From contig OY759726.1 in NCBI GenBank assembly GCA_963662625.1, positions 1,632,001 through 1,696,000 on the forward strand: DNA of 64,000 nucleotides, written 5' to 3'. The stretch's first letter is position 1. Each line of letters starts with the position of its first letter. The notes under the pieces were generated by a model. It was not told the DNA's origin. It did no database searches and saw nothing but the letters and a program-made list of their open reading frames with translations. Positions 21,443-32,036 of this stretch are shown in pieces. The translations under genes were made by a program, and so were the position numbers. The stretch comes from Nitrosopumilus sp. GTDB taxonomy: Archaea; Thermoproteota; Nitrososphaeria; Nitrososphaerales; Nitrosopumilaceae.

Positions 21443-21829
21443 GTGCAGTCGTACACCGCCATCATCGCGATAGGGGCCGGCGCCATAGTGGCCATGGCGA
21501 TATTCTTCGGGATGGACGTCCTGAAGATGTCTGTCTCCACGCAGGGGTACGACGTGTTCGTGGACCCGATCATCGACAAGCAGAGCCTGTTCGTCACCGG
21601 CAGGGTGACCGTCCAGAACACGGGCTCGGAGCCGCTCACCAACGTCCGCGTGAACTTTGGCGCCGGCGACGCCCTGGACCTGGGGGACATGCCTGTGGGC
21701 CAGAAGGTAATCATCTCGCCGCCGCCCGAGAACCCGATGGAGTTCGTCATGGTGAGCGCCGACAACGGGGTGTTCGTGAGCAAGGCGTACCGCGAGCTGC
21801 CCAAGATGGTGGGCATGATGGGCTCCTAG
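21443..21829 (+). CDS. Hypothetical membrane-anchored Ig-like protein
   Basis: N-terminal TM then beta-rich VTVQNTGSEPLTNV. Confidence 0.65.
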   Translation: MQSYTAIIAIGAGAIVAMAIFFGMDVLKMSVSTQGYDVFVDPIIDKQSLFVTGRVTVQNTGSEPLTNVRVNFGAGDALDLGDMPVGQKVIISPPPENPMEFVMVSADNGVFVSKAYRELPKMVGMMGS

Positions 21830-22285
21830 GGCGGGGCCGGCGGGGGGACTGCGCATGCCGAAGCCGCGCGCCGGCAGCCGCCGGGGGAACCGCCCGGCCC
21901 GCGCGGGGAACCCGCCCGCCTGAGCGGGGGCCAGGCGCGCGGCGGAACGGCCCCCCGCATCATAAAAACGAAAAACGGGGAATTTTTTTATAAACATTAT
22001 TTTTTTATAAAAGACCCGGCCCGGGGCGCGGCGGGAGGCGGCTGACCGGGACAACCGCATCGGCGTTAAAGGGGAAGTCCGGGGACCGCGTGCACCCGCG
22101 CAAGTGGGGGAACGCAGTGCGGGAGGTAATGCACATGGTGGACATGTACGGCCGACGGGTGGGGGCGGCCGGGGCGCAGGGACGCCAGGCGGCGCGGCCG
22201 GGCCATGGCCCGTGGATCGTGCCAAGTAATACGGCAGGCTGGCCGGGCCCCAGCAGTTAAATCCCGCGCGGCCGGAGGCGGATCG

Positions 22286-23110
22286 TTGGAGTTTCTCGCG
22301 TCTGGCAAGGTCAAGGACATCTACGACTACGGGGACGGCCAGCTCCTGTTCCGGTTCTCCGACAGGGTGTCGGCGTACGACGTCAAGTTCGGCCAGGGCA
22401 TACCGCGGAAGGGGGAGGTGCTCTGCAGGTTCGCCGAGTTCTGGTTCGGCGCCCTGGGCGTCCCGAACCACTTCGTCAGGCGCCTGTCGGACACGGAGAT
22501 CGTCGTCAGGAGGCTGGACATGCTCCCGATCGAGTGCGTCGTCAGGGGCTACTTTTACGGCAGCCTGGCGGCCAGGTGGGAGAGGGGCGAGGCGAGGCTT
22601 CCCGGGGGCACGCGTGCCGTCCTGGCCGCGAAGCTGCCGGAGCCCGTCTTCGATCCCACGACAAAGTCGGAGCACGACGCGCCGGTGGACCGGCAGGCGG
22701 CGCTGGGGGCCGGGCTAGTCACCGCGGGGCAGTTTGACTGGCTGTCGTCGGCGTCGGTCGGCATCTACAACAGGATGGCATCGATCGCCGACGCCGCGGG
22801 GTTCATCCTGGCAGACCTGAAGCTGGAGTTCGGGGTGGAGGGCGGCCGGATCGTGCTGGGCGACTCCATCGGGCCCGACGAGTGCAGGTTGTGGCCAAAG
22901 GAGTCGTACGAGGAGGGGAGGACGCAGGAGGCGTACGACAAGCAGATCCTCAGGGACTGGCTGACGGAGCACGGCCACGCCAGGGGGTTCGACGATGCCC
23001 GGAAGGACGGGCGGGAGCCCGTGCCGCCGGCGATACCGCCGGAGATATCCTCCAAGATGACCGCGCGGTACGTCGACGCCTACCGTAGGATAACCGGCCT
23101 GCCGATCTGA
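22286..23110 (+). CDS. purC: SAICAR synthase
   Basis: [31 protein letters not shown]. Confidence 0.95.
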   Translation: MEFLASGKVKDIYDYGDGQLLFRFSDRVSAYDVKFGQGIPRKGEVLCRFAEFWFGALGVPNHFVRRLSDTEIVVRRLDMLPIECVVRGYFYGSLAARWERGEARLPGGTRAVLAAKLPEPVFDPTTKSEHDAPVDRQAALGAGLVTAGQFDWLSSASVGIYNRMASIADAAGFILADLKLEFGVEGGRIVLGDSIGPDECRLWPKESYEEGRTQEAYDKQILRDWLTEHGHARGFDDARKDGREPVPPAIPPEISSKMTARYVDAYRRITGLPI

Positions 23111-23166
23111 CCCGGATGGTGGCCTCCCGCCGCGCGAGGCCGCGCCCGACTCGAATTCCCCGTCTA

Positions 23167-23370
23167 GCCGTCCCCGCAGCCGTCCCCGCAGCCGTCCCCG
23201 CAGCCGTACCCGCAGCCGTCCCCGCAGCCGTCCCCGCAGCCGTCCCCGCAGCCGTACCCGCAGCCGTACCCGCAGCCGTACCCGCAGCCGTACCCGCGGG
23301 GGTGCCCACTGCCCCGGCACCCCCGGCACCCCCGGCACCCCCGGCACCCCCGGCACCCCCGGCACCCCCG
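23167..23370. repeat. Two adjacent VNTRs: 12-mer gccgt(c/a)cccgca x ~11 and 9-mer ccccggcac x ~6
   Basis: Directly visible tandem units. Confidence 0.95.
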
Positions 23371-23665
23371 GAAATCCCCTGGCCCTTTTTGCACTACGAC
23401 TTTCCCCGTCCCGGTACGGGACGCACCATACCGCGACTGCCAGGGCCGTGGCGCTACCGGCAACGTACAGCCGCTACGTGATCACTGCCGCCGCCGCGGA
23501 ATCCCTGCCGCCGCTACCGGGTACGCGGTGACGACACGGCGGCCCCCGCAGCGGGACGGCCAGGCGGCCGCCGGTACCGGAACGGCGGTAGCGGAAAAAA
23601 ATTGATGCGTTTGGACAAAAAAATATGATGTTGCAGATCTTTTACCCACGGCGGGAGTCCCACGC

Positions 23666-24187
23666 ATGTCCACCATCCTTGAAAACCCGGTCAGGGTAAA
23701 CCGGATCGTCACGACCAGCAGCAGCCACGCGAGGGCCATCGACGACCCTGCGCGCGCGAGGATCATGGAGATCCTCTACAGGCGGGCGCTGTCCGCCGAG
23801 CAGATCACCCGCGAGCTGAAAAAGTCGGGGCACAAAAAGGCAGTGACCACGGTCAGGCACCACCTCGACATACTCAAGGGGTCGGGCCTGATAGAGGTGT
23901 CCAGGATCGACGAGTCCCGCGGCGCCATCACAAAGTTCTACAGCACCTCCACCAAGCTGCTGAGCTACGACGCGCCCAAGGACTTTGACTCCAGGTACTC
24001 CAAGGCGATCGACTCGGCGTCGGCCAAGCTCGCGAAGGTCATCAAGGGCATCAAGATCGACGCGCCGAAGGGCAAGAGGGGGAAGCACGAGACGCCGGAG
24101 GCGTACCTCCAGTACCTCACCATGGAGGTGGTGAACCGCGCCATGACGAACGTGCTGGAGAACCGGGAGGTGGGCGGCAAAACCTAA
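23666..24187 (+). CDS. ArsR-family winged-HTH regulator
   Basis: AIDDPARARIMEIL...TTVRHHLDILKGSGLIEV. Confidence 0.85.
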   Translation: MSTILENPVRVNRIVTTSSSHARAIDDPARARIMEILYRRALSAEQITRELKKSGHKKAVTTVRHHLDILKGSGLIEVSRIDESRGAITKFYSTSTKLLSYDAPKDFDSRYSKAIDSASAKLAKVIKGIKIDAPKGKRGKHETPEAYLQYLTMEVVNRAMTNVLENREVGGKT

Positions 24188-24212
24188 GTAGAGACGCGCC
24201 GTATGCACTGGC

Positions 24213-24530
24213 ATGGCGAGGGTCTTTTACGGCCAAAAGACGGAGCAGCTCGTGGAAAAGGTGCTGCTGGCGGGCTGGCGCCGGCGCGTAAGCGGCGAGC
24301 TGACCCGGGATCACCAGGACATGTCCGACAACTGGAAGATGTGCGCGATCGGGGAGCGCGTCATGCTGGAGGGAAGGGACATGGAGTCGGTCAGGGACCT
24401 GTCCCCCGAGGCGATCAAGCTCGGGTACGACTTCTCCGTGGCGCTGCAGGAGCGCGACAACGAGAGGGCGCTTGAGATCATAGCGGGAATCGAGGGGCTC
24501 CCGACGATCTGGAGGGACGGCCATGGATGA
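24213..24530 (+). CDS. Hypothetical protein
   Basis: Protein-like ORF with host-type codon usage, overlapping the start of the next gene. Confidence 0.65.
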   Translation: MARVFYGQKTEQLVEKVLLAGWRRRVSGELTRDHQDMSDNWKMCAIGERVMLEGRDMESVRDLSPEAIKLGYDFSVALQERDNERALEIIAGIEGLPTIWRDGHG

Positions 24531-24930
24531 AAAGGCAGAGCGGTTGTTCCGTGGAAGGAACCTGGTCTTCGTGGCCACGCTGATGGGGGACGGCGCCCCG
24601 CAGGTGTCGCCGGTGTGGGCAAGCTTTGAGGGGGGCCACATACTGGTCAACACGGCCGAGGGGAGGATCAAGCACAAGAACGTCCTGCGCGACCCCCGGG
24701 TCGCGGTGTCGGTGGTCTCAAGCGAGAACCCCCTCGACATGACGACGATACGCGGCGTGGTGGTGGAACTGGTCCCGGACTATGACTACGCCCATGCAGA
24801 CAAGCTGACACGGCAGTACATGGGCCGCGAGCGCTACCCGTTCAGGCGCGAGGGGGAGAAAAGGGTGATCCTGAAGATAAGGCCCGACCGCGTCTTCGTG
24901 CTGCCGGAACTGAAGATGGACCCGGAATGA
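24523..24930 (+). CDS. PPOX-class F420-dependent oxidoreductase
   Basis: ATLMGDGAPQVSPVW, K.KNVLRDPRVAVSV. Confidence 0.88.
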   Translation: MDEKAERLFRGRNLVFVATLMGDGAPQVSPVWASFEGGHILVNTAEGRIKHKNVLRDPRVAVSVVSSENPLDMTTIRGVVVELVPDYDYAHADKLTRQYMGRERYPFRREGEKRVILKIRPDRVFVLPELKMDPE

Positions 24931-24982
24931 GGGGCCCGGGATCCCTGGGAAACGTGGTGAAATAAAAAAAGGGCGGGGCAGC

Positions 24983-25669
24983 CTAGCGGCGCCTGGCTGC
25001 CCTTTTGGTCGTAGCTTTCCTGGTTGCCGTTCTAGCCGTAGCTTTCCTGGTTGCCGTTCTAGCCGTAGCTTTCCTGGTTGCCGTTCTAGCCGTAGCTTTC
25101 CTGGTTGCCGTTCTAGCCGTAGCTTTCCTGGTTGCCGTTCTAGCCGTAGCTTTCCTGGTTGCCGTTCTAGCCGTAGCTTTCCTGGTTGCCGTTCTAGCCG
25201 TAGCTTTCCTGGTTGCCGTTCTAGCCGTAGCTTTTCTAGCAGTGGCTTTCCTCGTCGTAGCTTTCCTGGTTGCCGTTCTAGCCGTAGCTTTCCTGGTTGC
25301 CGTTCTAGCCGTAGCTTTCCTGGTTGCCGTTCTAGCCGTAGCTTTCCTGGTTGCCGTTCTAGCCGTAGCTTTCCTGGTTGCCGTTCTAGCCGTAGCTTTC
25401 CTGGTTGCCGTTCTAGCCGTAGCTTTCCTGGTTGCCGTTCTAGCCGTAGCTTTCCTGGTTGCCGTTCTAGCCGTAGCTTTCCTGGTTGCCGTTCTAGCCG
25501 TAGCTTTTCTGGTTGCCGTTCTAGCCGTAGCTTTTCTAGCAGTGGCTTTCCTCGCCGTAGCTTTCCTGGTTGCCGTTCTAGCCGTAGCTTTTCTAGCAGT
25601 GGCTTTCCTCGCCGTAGCTTTCCTGGTTGCCGTTCTAGCCGTAGCTTTCTTGGCTTTAGCTGTTGCCAT
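24983..25669 (-). CDS. Histone H1/Hc2-like basic repeat protein (ATARTATRK)n
   Basis: About 20 near-perfect 27-bp repeats; ATG with upstream tttaa box; T-tract after the stop. Confidence 0.75.
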   Translation of the reverse strand: MATAKAKKATARTATRKATARKATARKATARTATRKATARKATARKATARTATRKATARTATRKATARTATRKATARTATRKATARTATRKATARTATRKATARTATRKATARTATRKATARTATRKATARTATRKATTRKATARKATARTATRKATARTATRKATARTATRKATARTATRKATARTATRKATARTATRKATARTATRKATARTATRKATTKRAARRR

Positions 25670-25771
25670 GGTTTTTTTCCCTTCTCATACCGGTTATATG
25701 GTTAAAGTCATACATAATTGTGCAAGCAATAATAAAATTTGACAATATTTTCAAAAAAACCGCCCGCGCGA

Positions 25772-26257
25772 TCAACAATTTGCAATGCAGATCCTTGCAG
25801 TGTCAACGCTCGACTGCTGTTTTGTCGGCCTGATCACAACCTTGTACTGCGCTTCCTCGTCGTACGGCACGTCGAACTGGGTGGTCCAGCTTACCGGCTT
25901 GCCGGGTTCCAGGACGTCGTCCAGCAGGTCCGTAGCCGTGAACTCCCCGTAGACTGCCCTGTGGTTCTGGTTCTTCTCGTCAACAAGGTAGAACTGCCCG
26001 CCGGACATCCGCGTCTTTTCGCCGCTTATGTTTTCCGCGTCGATCTTGATCCTGACAAAAGTGTTTGCGGGGGACTTCTCCTTGTTCCCCATGTGCGTCC
26101 CGTCAAAGAACACCGAGTACTGCACGGGGCCGACCGTTACCGGCTCCCCCTCTGCAACCTCCACGAAGTTCGTCTGGTACTGGGTGTACATGTACATGGC
26201 TGCTGCCATCGACGCTATCACTGCGGCAATCACAACCACCGCGCCAATCCCTGCCAT
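25772..26257 (-). CDS. DUF4352-like membrane-anchored protein
   Basis: N-terminal TM, FYLVD, LEPGK...FDVP pattern. Confidence 0.7.
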   Translation of the reverse strand: MAGIGAVVVIAAVIASMAAAMYMYTQYQTNFVEVAEGEPVTVGPVQYSVFFDGTHMGNKEKSPANTFVRIKIDAENISGEKTRMSGGQFYLVDEKNQNHRAVYGEFTATDLLDDVLEPGKPVSWTTQFDVPYDEEAQYKVVIRPTKQQSSVDTARICIANC

Positions 26258-27800
26258 GCATGCCGTGGGGCAGTTTGGTATATAGTTGCAACGCACGTCC
26301 CGGCCATCCAGTGCCGGGCGCGGGAAGGCAGCCCGGGTGTGAAAAAACTATCTTTCTATATTCGAATTTTGAAACATGGTGCCCGTGCAACGCGGCGGAG
26401 CGCACGCGCGCCTGGCACGCGTAACCGTGTACGCCCATCCAGGGTGCCTGCGGCTGGCGCCGCAAAGTGATCGTCCCCCAGTGGCCTTTCCAGCACTTTT
26501 CGCAGAAAAACAGGCCGTCACCGTCCCGCGCGCGCCTGGCACGTGCCGCCCGAATTCCCACTGCACTTGGAGGACGCGCGTCACGCCATGTTGTCTTCTG
26601 CCGGCCCCCTTGCAGGTTTTTTGACGGTGCGCCGTCGCGGCATTCGTTGTGCACCGGCATGCCAGGCCCGGAGTGGCCCCAAAGCCGCGGTCGCGGGAGA
26701 ACCACAGCCCGTTCCCCGTGGCGCCTTGCGCCTTGATGCCACTCCGCGGCAGCCATGCACACAAAGGCGTCGCCGCTTTCATGGTCGGCTTTGTGGCCAA
26801 TGCCGTCGGCGCGCAGGTGGCCCGGGAGTCCGCGGCATTCATGCCACACAACCCTCGGAAGGGGGCCGAGCTTCTCAAGCGTGGACGATCCGTCAGTCCC
26901 GGCGCACGTCCAGCCCTCGCTGCAGGATCCAGCTCTCGGCGCGATCTCCCAGTGTCTCCCCCGGATCCTCCGGGACGCGCCCCTTGAGGTGCCTGGGCAT
27001 CATTCCCGCCGAGGGCACCGCCTTGCAGTCTGCACGCGTCCCGTCTGCCCCTGGTGCCGTACGCGTGGTGGCTGCTTGCTCCCAAATCCGCGCCACGGTT
27101 GGGCGAAGCTCCCGGGATCGCGGGACGTCGATGCCCCATGCGGCCGATCGCAGGCGATCAACGCAAGCCAGATGACCGGATTGCATGCAGTGCGCGCATG
27201 CGGCGGATGCATTTGCGGGATGCCTCGTACGGCGCCCGTCACGCGATAACGAGGCTCGAGCGCGACGCGTCGAGCATGCTGGTTTGCGGGACGTCCGGGA
27301 CGGCACCCGTCCCACGGCAGGCATGCGGCTGCGCACTCGCCGCGCGCGGACGTGCGGGGGCAGGCGTCCGACCGCACGCGTTTTTCACAAGCCGCACCGG
27401 CGCGGCGTGACTCTGGCCGGATCGCCGGATTGGCGACAGCCCGTGACCAAGCGCTCCCGCGGTACGGGGGATGCCGCATTGCGGGATCCGTGCAACTGCG
27501 CACGGGCTGCCTGCCGCGCGGGCCGGAGGGGCCGCGGCTTGCCGGATGCTGGTACGGGTCCTGCCGGGGTGGGCCCGCCGGACGCCGACCAGGAAACCCC
27601 GGCGCCTTACGGCACGCTCCGGGCGCGGTCCTGCCCGTGGCGCGGGGATGGGTGCAGGGTGGCGGGAACACCCGCGCCGGGCACGGCGTCCCCGGCCGGA
27701 ACGTGCGCGCGGCCATTTTCTGGCCGGCCGGGAAGTGGCACGTTTGGGCGGCCCGGCCTGCCATGAAAACGCGTTTTCCAGCACCCGGCGGGGCCTCCGA

Positions 27801-27982
27801 GGGGGGTTTAGCTTTCGTGCCTGACATGGAATGATCACGGGGATCAATCTGTTCCACCGGGGTCTTTTGCCGGTTGCCCCGCGGAATCAGGCACGGGAGC
27901 TAAACCCCCCGCCGAAACCGCGTTTTTCGCGGGGATGTCATCGTGCGCGAACCGGGGGGGCCCGGAGGGGGGTTTAGCTCCC
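27801..27982. repeat. GGGGGGTTTAGCT motif x3, including a 24-bp inverted pair
   Basis: 27801-27824 vs 27887-27910 inverted (22/24); third copy at 27967. Confidence 0.8.
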
Positions 27983-28493
27983 AGGCACGAAACCCGGAAG
28001 CCGGCCTCCGGGGGCCGCCGGGGCATGGCCGCGGCCCGCCCTGCCGCCGGCGGGCCCCGCGGGCGCCAGGGCACGGGCGCGCGGCGCCCGGCGCGCACTT
28101 TGGGCGAAGAACCCCCCCTTTTTTTTGCCCAAAGGCGCGGCCATAAGGCCGTGCACCCCAGCGAAAAAGGCCGCCGTGGCGCCGGTCCGCTTCCCCGGGG
28201 CATTCTTGTGTGCGTGCCGCCCGGCTTGGGCGCGCGGTGCGCCTGCCTCGCGCCGTGCGGCCTGGCACGCGTGGGAACCGCGGCCCGCGTCCTGAACGGC
28301 CATGTTTCTAAACCCGAGTTTTGAAACATGTGCCATGCATCCTGCCGGCACTGCAGCCCATCCCGGACCATGATGTTTCCATATTCGAATTTAGAAACAT
28401 GCTATGTCGCGTCGGGCGGTCCCCCTTGACCGCGCGGCCACCGCGCCCCGGCTTTTCGGCACCCTTTTCCGGGCCGCCTGGCAGCGTGGGTGC

Positions 28494-28629
28494 CGTAGTC
28501 AACGCCTTATGAAATCGCTCAACAATGAGCCGCCAAAACACGCATTGTGGGTGAATCCACGCCCACCACCGTACTCAAAAAGGAACCCATTACGCCCAAA
28601 ATGAACGGATAGATGATACGTTGACTACG
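28494..28629. mobile_element. MITE-like 136-bp element
   Basis: Perfect 11-bp TIR cgtagtcaacg/cgttgactacg around an AT-richer core; no clear TSD. Confidence 0.4.
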
Positions 28630-29200
28630 TTGCACCGGAACGGGCCGCGCCAGGTCTCCGCGCCAGGGGCACGATTTGATTTCTGGCCTTCTTGAATGAC
28701 TTTAACACAAAATATTTGCTCGGGTCTCCACGCATGACGAGATATCTTTTTGGGACAGGATCTGACCTCCATGACACGTTGTGGGACACAATCCGGCCAT
28801 TCTGATCCTTAATCCCTGCCACTTTTGCATGTCTGGACTGCGGTGCAATCCCTTCACAGCGTTCCGTTGCCATGGATGCCGGAATGGCAGTATGATGGCC
28901 ATGCCTGGAATGGCCGCGGCGACGTCGGCGCGGCTCGCGTGACCAGTGCCATAGGGCCGTCCCCGGAACGGTGTCCCAGGAACCGGATCCGGCACGTTTG
29001 CCATCATTGTTTCTAAACTCGAATTTAGGAATATTCTAAAACAACCGTATGGAGACATGCGTGGTTCGCGTAGCTGCCGTGCCGCTTTTGCCGTTCTGTG
29101 CCCCTGTTTGGATGGACAGGGCTTTTGGGCTGTCAGCATGCATAACGTGCCATAGTTACCTCCTGACTCGGTGCCTCGTTCTGGCTGTCACTGCTGCTTA

Positions 29201-29274
29201 TTTCGCACATTTGCGACTCGCACCCATGGTTTCGCACATTTGCGACTCGCACCCATGGTTTCGCACATTTGCGA
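29201..29274. repeat. 29-bp tandem repeat x2.5 carrying the palindrome TCGCA-CATT-TGCGA, upstream of the ATPase TATA box
   Basis: tttcgcacatttgcgactcgcacccatgg repeated; ttataa at 29279. Confidence 0.85.
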
Positions 29275-29307
29275 AAAATTATAAGTGTTCCTGACTGTAT
29301 TAAGGAT

Positions 29308-30471
29308 ATGTAAAAAAACCCATTCTCGTTTGGAACAGTTGTCCGCGGCCAGAACTTTGCGGATCGAAAGGAAGAATTTCGTGAATTGACAGCGGATTTA
29401 CAAAGTGGGACTAACATCATTATGTTTTCTCCACGGAGATATGGAAAAACCTCCTTGATGGCTAAGATCATAGGCCACTTGAGGACCAAGGGGATAATAT
29501 GCGTGTATGCAGATCTTTACGCCGTTACCAATAAGACAAAGTTTGCAAACGTTCTGGCATTATCCATTGCAAAGGCAAAAGCAGGCAAGATTGACGAGAT
29601 AATGCAAATCATACGGAACCACATCCCGCCTGTAAAGCTGGTCATCCGGCCCGGTGATGATTTGGGCCTTAACAGCGGGCTTGAGCTGGAGCTGTCCCAA
29701 GGCAAAACCGACATTGACGCCACCCTGGCACGACTGTATGATCTCCCCGAAAAAATCGCAAAAAAGAAAAAAAAGAAGATGGTTGTGGTGTTTGACGAAT
29801 TTCAGGAAATCTCAAAACTTGACGGTGGCCAGATCGAGGTTGAAATGCGCTCAAAAATCCAACAGCACGAGAGTGTGTCGTACGTGTTCATGGGCAGCCA
29901 ACACCATCTCGTGGCTAAGATGTTTGCAGGCGCAAACCGCCCCCTGTACCATGTGGGGAAACTGTTCGATCTGGGCAGGATCAGCGAAATCGATTTTGCG
30001 GAATTCATCCAAACGCGGTTCAAATCTTGCGGAGTGGAGATATCGAACCAGGCGATATCCCGCATCCTTGAATTGACTCTGTGCCATCCGTACTATACCC
30101 AGCAGCTCTGCCATGAGGTGTGGGTGGCGTGCATCTCAAAAAAATCACGCCGTGCTGAGACAGGCTATGTTGAAGACGCCAAGGAGCAGCTGATGAAAAA
30201 CCAAGACTATGCCTATGCGGCCATGTGGGACTCTGTCAGTGACAGACAGCGGTCGATACTTGTCGCCATGGCCACATCCGGAGGGGGCGGGATCTTTTCA
30301 CACGGTTTCAGGGAGGCTTACAGCTTGGGGCCCTCATCCACCGTTGCAAGGGCAGTAAGATCCCTGGAGGGCAGGGGCTTGGTAGAAAAATCAGGCAAAA
30401 GGTACGCCGTCTCGGATGCGTTTTTCGCGGAGTGGCTACGGCGGCTTGGCCACGGCGGCGCCAGCGCATAG
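29308..30471 (+). pseudogene. Archaeal AAA/STAND-type ATPase with C-terminal wHTH; TAA at codon 2 (open frame from 29386)
   Basis: ATG TAA then KNPFSFG..V.G..FADRKEE in frame; Walker A SPRRYGKT, Walker B VVFDEFQ. Confidence 0.7.
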
Positions 30472-30967
30472 CTTCGGCCCCGGCGGCGGTCGGGTGGAAC
30501 GCGCGCCGGGCTGCGGCCGGACGTGCGCCCCGTGAGTGCCCGGCCACAGCCGTCGCGTCCTGCGCATATTCATATTCCGCCCGGCCGGGCAGGCAACATG
30601 GCGGACGTGCCGTGCCTGGCCCCTCTGCCGCATCCAGACCAGATTCATCCCAGGTGCGTGTGAGGAAAACTGCCTGGCACTATGCCGCCGAACACTCCCA
30701 GAACCCCTATCGCCTTCCAGGGATTGTGGGCCCTTGCGTCGTGGGCGAGCATCAAACACTTCCCGCGGGGTGTCCGGGGAAGCCCACGAGGCTGCGGTTG
30801 TTTTCCTTTTCGCAGTGCCGGCAACCTGGCATGCCCCAGCACAGAACCCAGAACGGGCCGGACCCGCCCGAATGACCGTGACCATGCAGTTTCAATCTTT
30901 GTTGTATTAGAATTTCTTTCGAACTATGGTTGGCTTTACGCCATAATGAACTTTCGGGGCTTGGCTT

Positions 30968-31672
30968 TTATGGGTCGAGTCTGTCCAGCTGGTACCCGGC
31001 GTATTCCACGCACCATTTTGCGTCACGGGACGAATAATCCGCCACCACCAGGTTAATGCACTTGTTCTTTGCCTGCTCTTCACCCATGGATTTTGCCCAT
31101 TCCGGCTCGTAGCCGTCGGAATCGCAGAACAGCGCGCATTGGGACGCGGTGGCCACCTCTCCCAGAAGCGCGACTGCCGCGTCTAGTGCCCCGAGTATGA
31201 CCCCCGCCAGCGTTTTCCCCGAATCGTTTATGCACCCAGCCGCGACGAGCTCGGCGGTGGACTGACGCATGGAGTTCTCATAGCCACGGGAAAACGGCTC
31301 TACCGCATGCAGTCTTTCCGGGTATTGTGATATGGTGAATATGGTACCGACATACGCGAAGTTGTCGCGGGCCCACTCCTCCACCAGGTCGTGGCACGTC
31401 GGTTCCGGTTCCGGCGGCGCAGGCACCTCGATGATCCCGGCACCGGCCAGCCACGTCAACGTGGCGGCGTACTCCGCGTCCGAGATCGACCCCTCAGCCC
31501 AGAACCCGGCCACTCCCTTTACCCAGCCCGGTATGCCGTCGGCGTGTACGTCTGCGGGTATGGAAAAAAGCGCCAGGATGACCAGGCCAAGGCCGAGACC
31601 AATGCCCAAGATGGCTCTGGTCTTTTCGGCATGGCCTCCACGGCGTGGAAGACGTTCCTCATTCGTATCCAT
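30968..31672 (-). CDS. Secreted protein with thaumarchaeal IPxWxKxxAxFW motif
   Basis: Signal/TM segment, IPGWVKGVAGFWAEGSISDAEY, Cys-containing C-terminus. Confidence 0.75.
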   Translation of the reverse strand: MDTNEERLPRRGGHAEKTRAILGIGLGLGLVILALFSIPADVHADGIPGWVKGVAGFWAEGSISDAEYAATLTWLAGAGIIEVPAPPEPEPTCHDLVEEWARDNFAYVGTIFTISQYPERLHAVEPFSRGYENSMRQSTAELVAAGCINDSGKTLAGVILGALDAAVALLGEVATASQCALFCDSDGYEPEWAKSMGEEQAKNKCINLVVADYSSRDAKWCVEYAGYQLDRLDP

Positions 31673-32036
31673 GTGTGGACTGGGTTGTTTAGTTTAAATG
31701 CTTTTTGATTTGGTTCACCCTTTCCATTATCTTTCAGATGCGCAGGTGGTATAGGACTCACCGCCTCCAGCATGACTGGTATAAGGATGGTTTTCTAGTA
31801 AACCCGAATCTTGGACGGCGTCTATTACGGTACCCGGATATTGCGACATCCCTAGAAGGCACGTTTTAGTGGTGCCGGTGGTAGAGGGGAGCGGGAGGTG
31901 CGACTTTGCACTTGGAAAGGCTGGGCTTTGCCGTGGCAACGCGGGACGGATCATTCTTCGCCCACGGCCCGGATCCGGACTGTGCTGGTCCCACTGGGTG
32001 GTTGGCTCGTAACTGGGTGTGACGGGAATCGCGACA

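Larger units (their letters stand above)
26349..29035. promoter_or_regulatory. Four copies of a 30-bp palindrome, consensus CATGTTTCTAAATTCGAATTTAGAAACATG
   Basis: Copies at 26349-26378, 28301-28330, 28372-28401, 29006-29035; regulatory role inferred. Confidence 0.6.

Noticed and set aside
21960-22280. Possible ncRNA or small ORF (CTWWTCT) upstream of purC
   Set aside because: In-frame stop and no recognisable RNA family structure; cannot be supported
25005-25742. Very hydrophobic 245-aa ORF (VAFLVAVLA)n
   Set aside because: Antisense shadow of the basic repeat protein; promoter and terminator signals favour the minus strand
26300-28300. Numerous overlapping 100-285 aa ORFs
   Set aside because: Gly/Ala/Arg/Pro-rich with no recognisable motifs; best explained as GC-eroded pseudogene or intergenic DNA
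28301-28401. Degenerate second CRISPR array (GTTTC...GAAAC units 71 bp apart)
   Set aside because: Only two adjacent units, fully palindromic, with other copies dispersed 0.6-2 kb away; treated as binding-site-like palindromes
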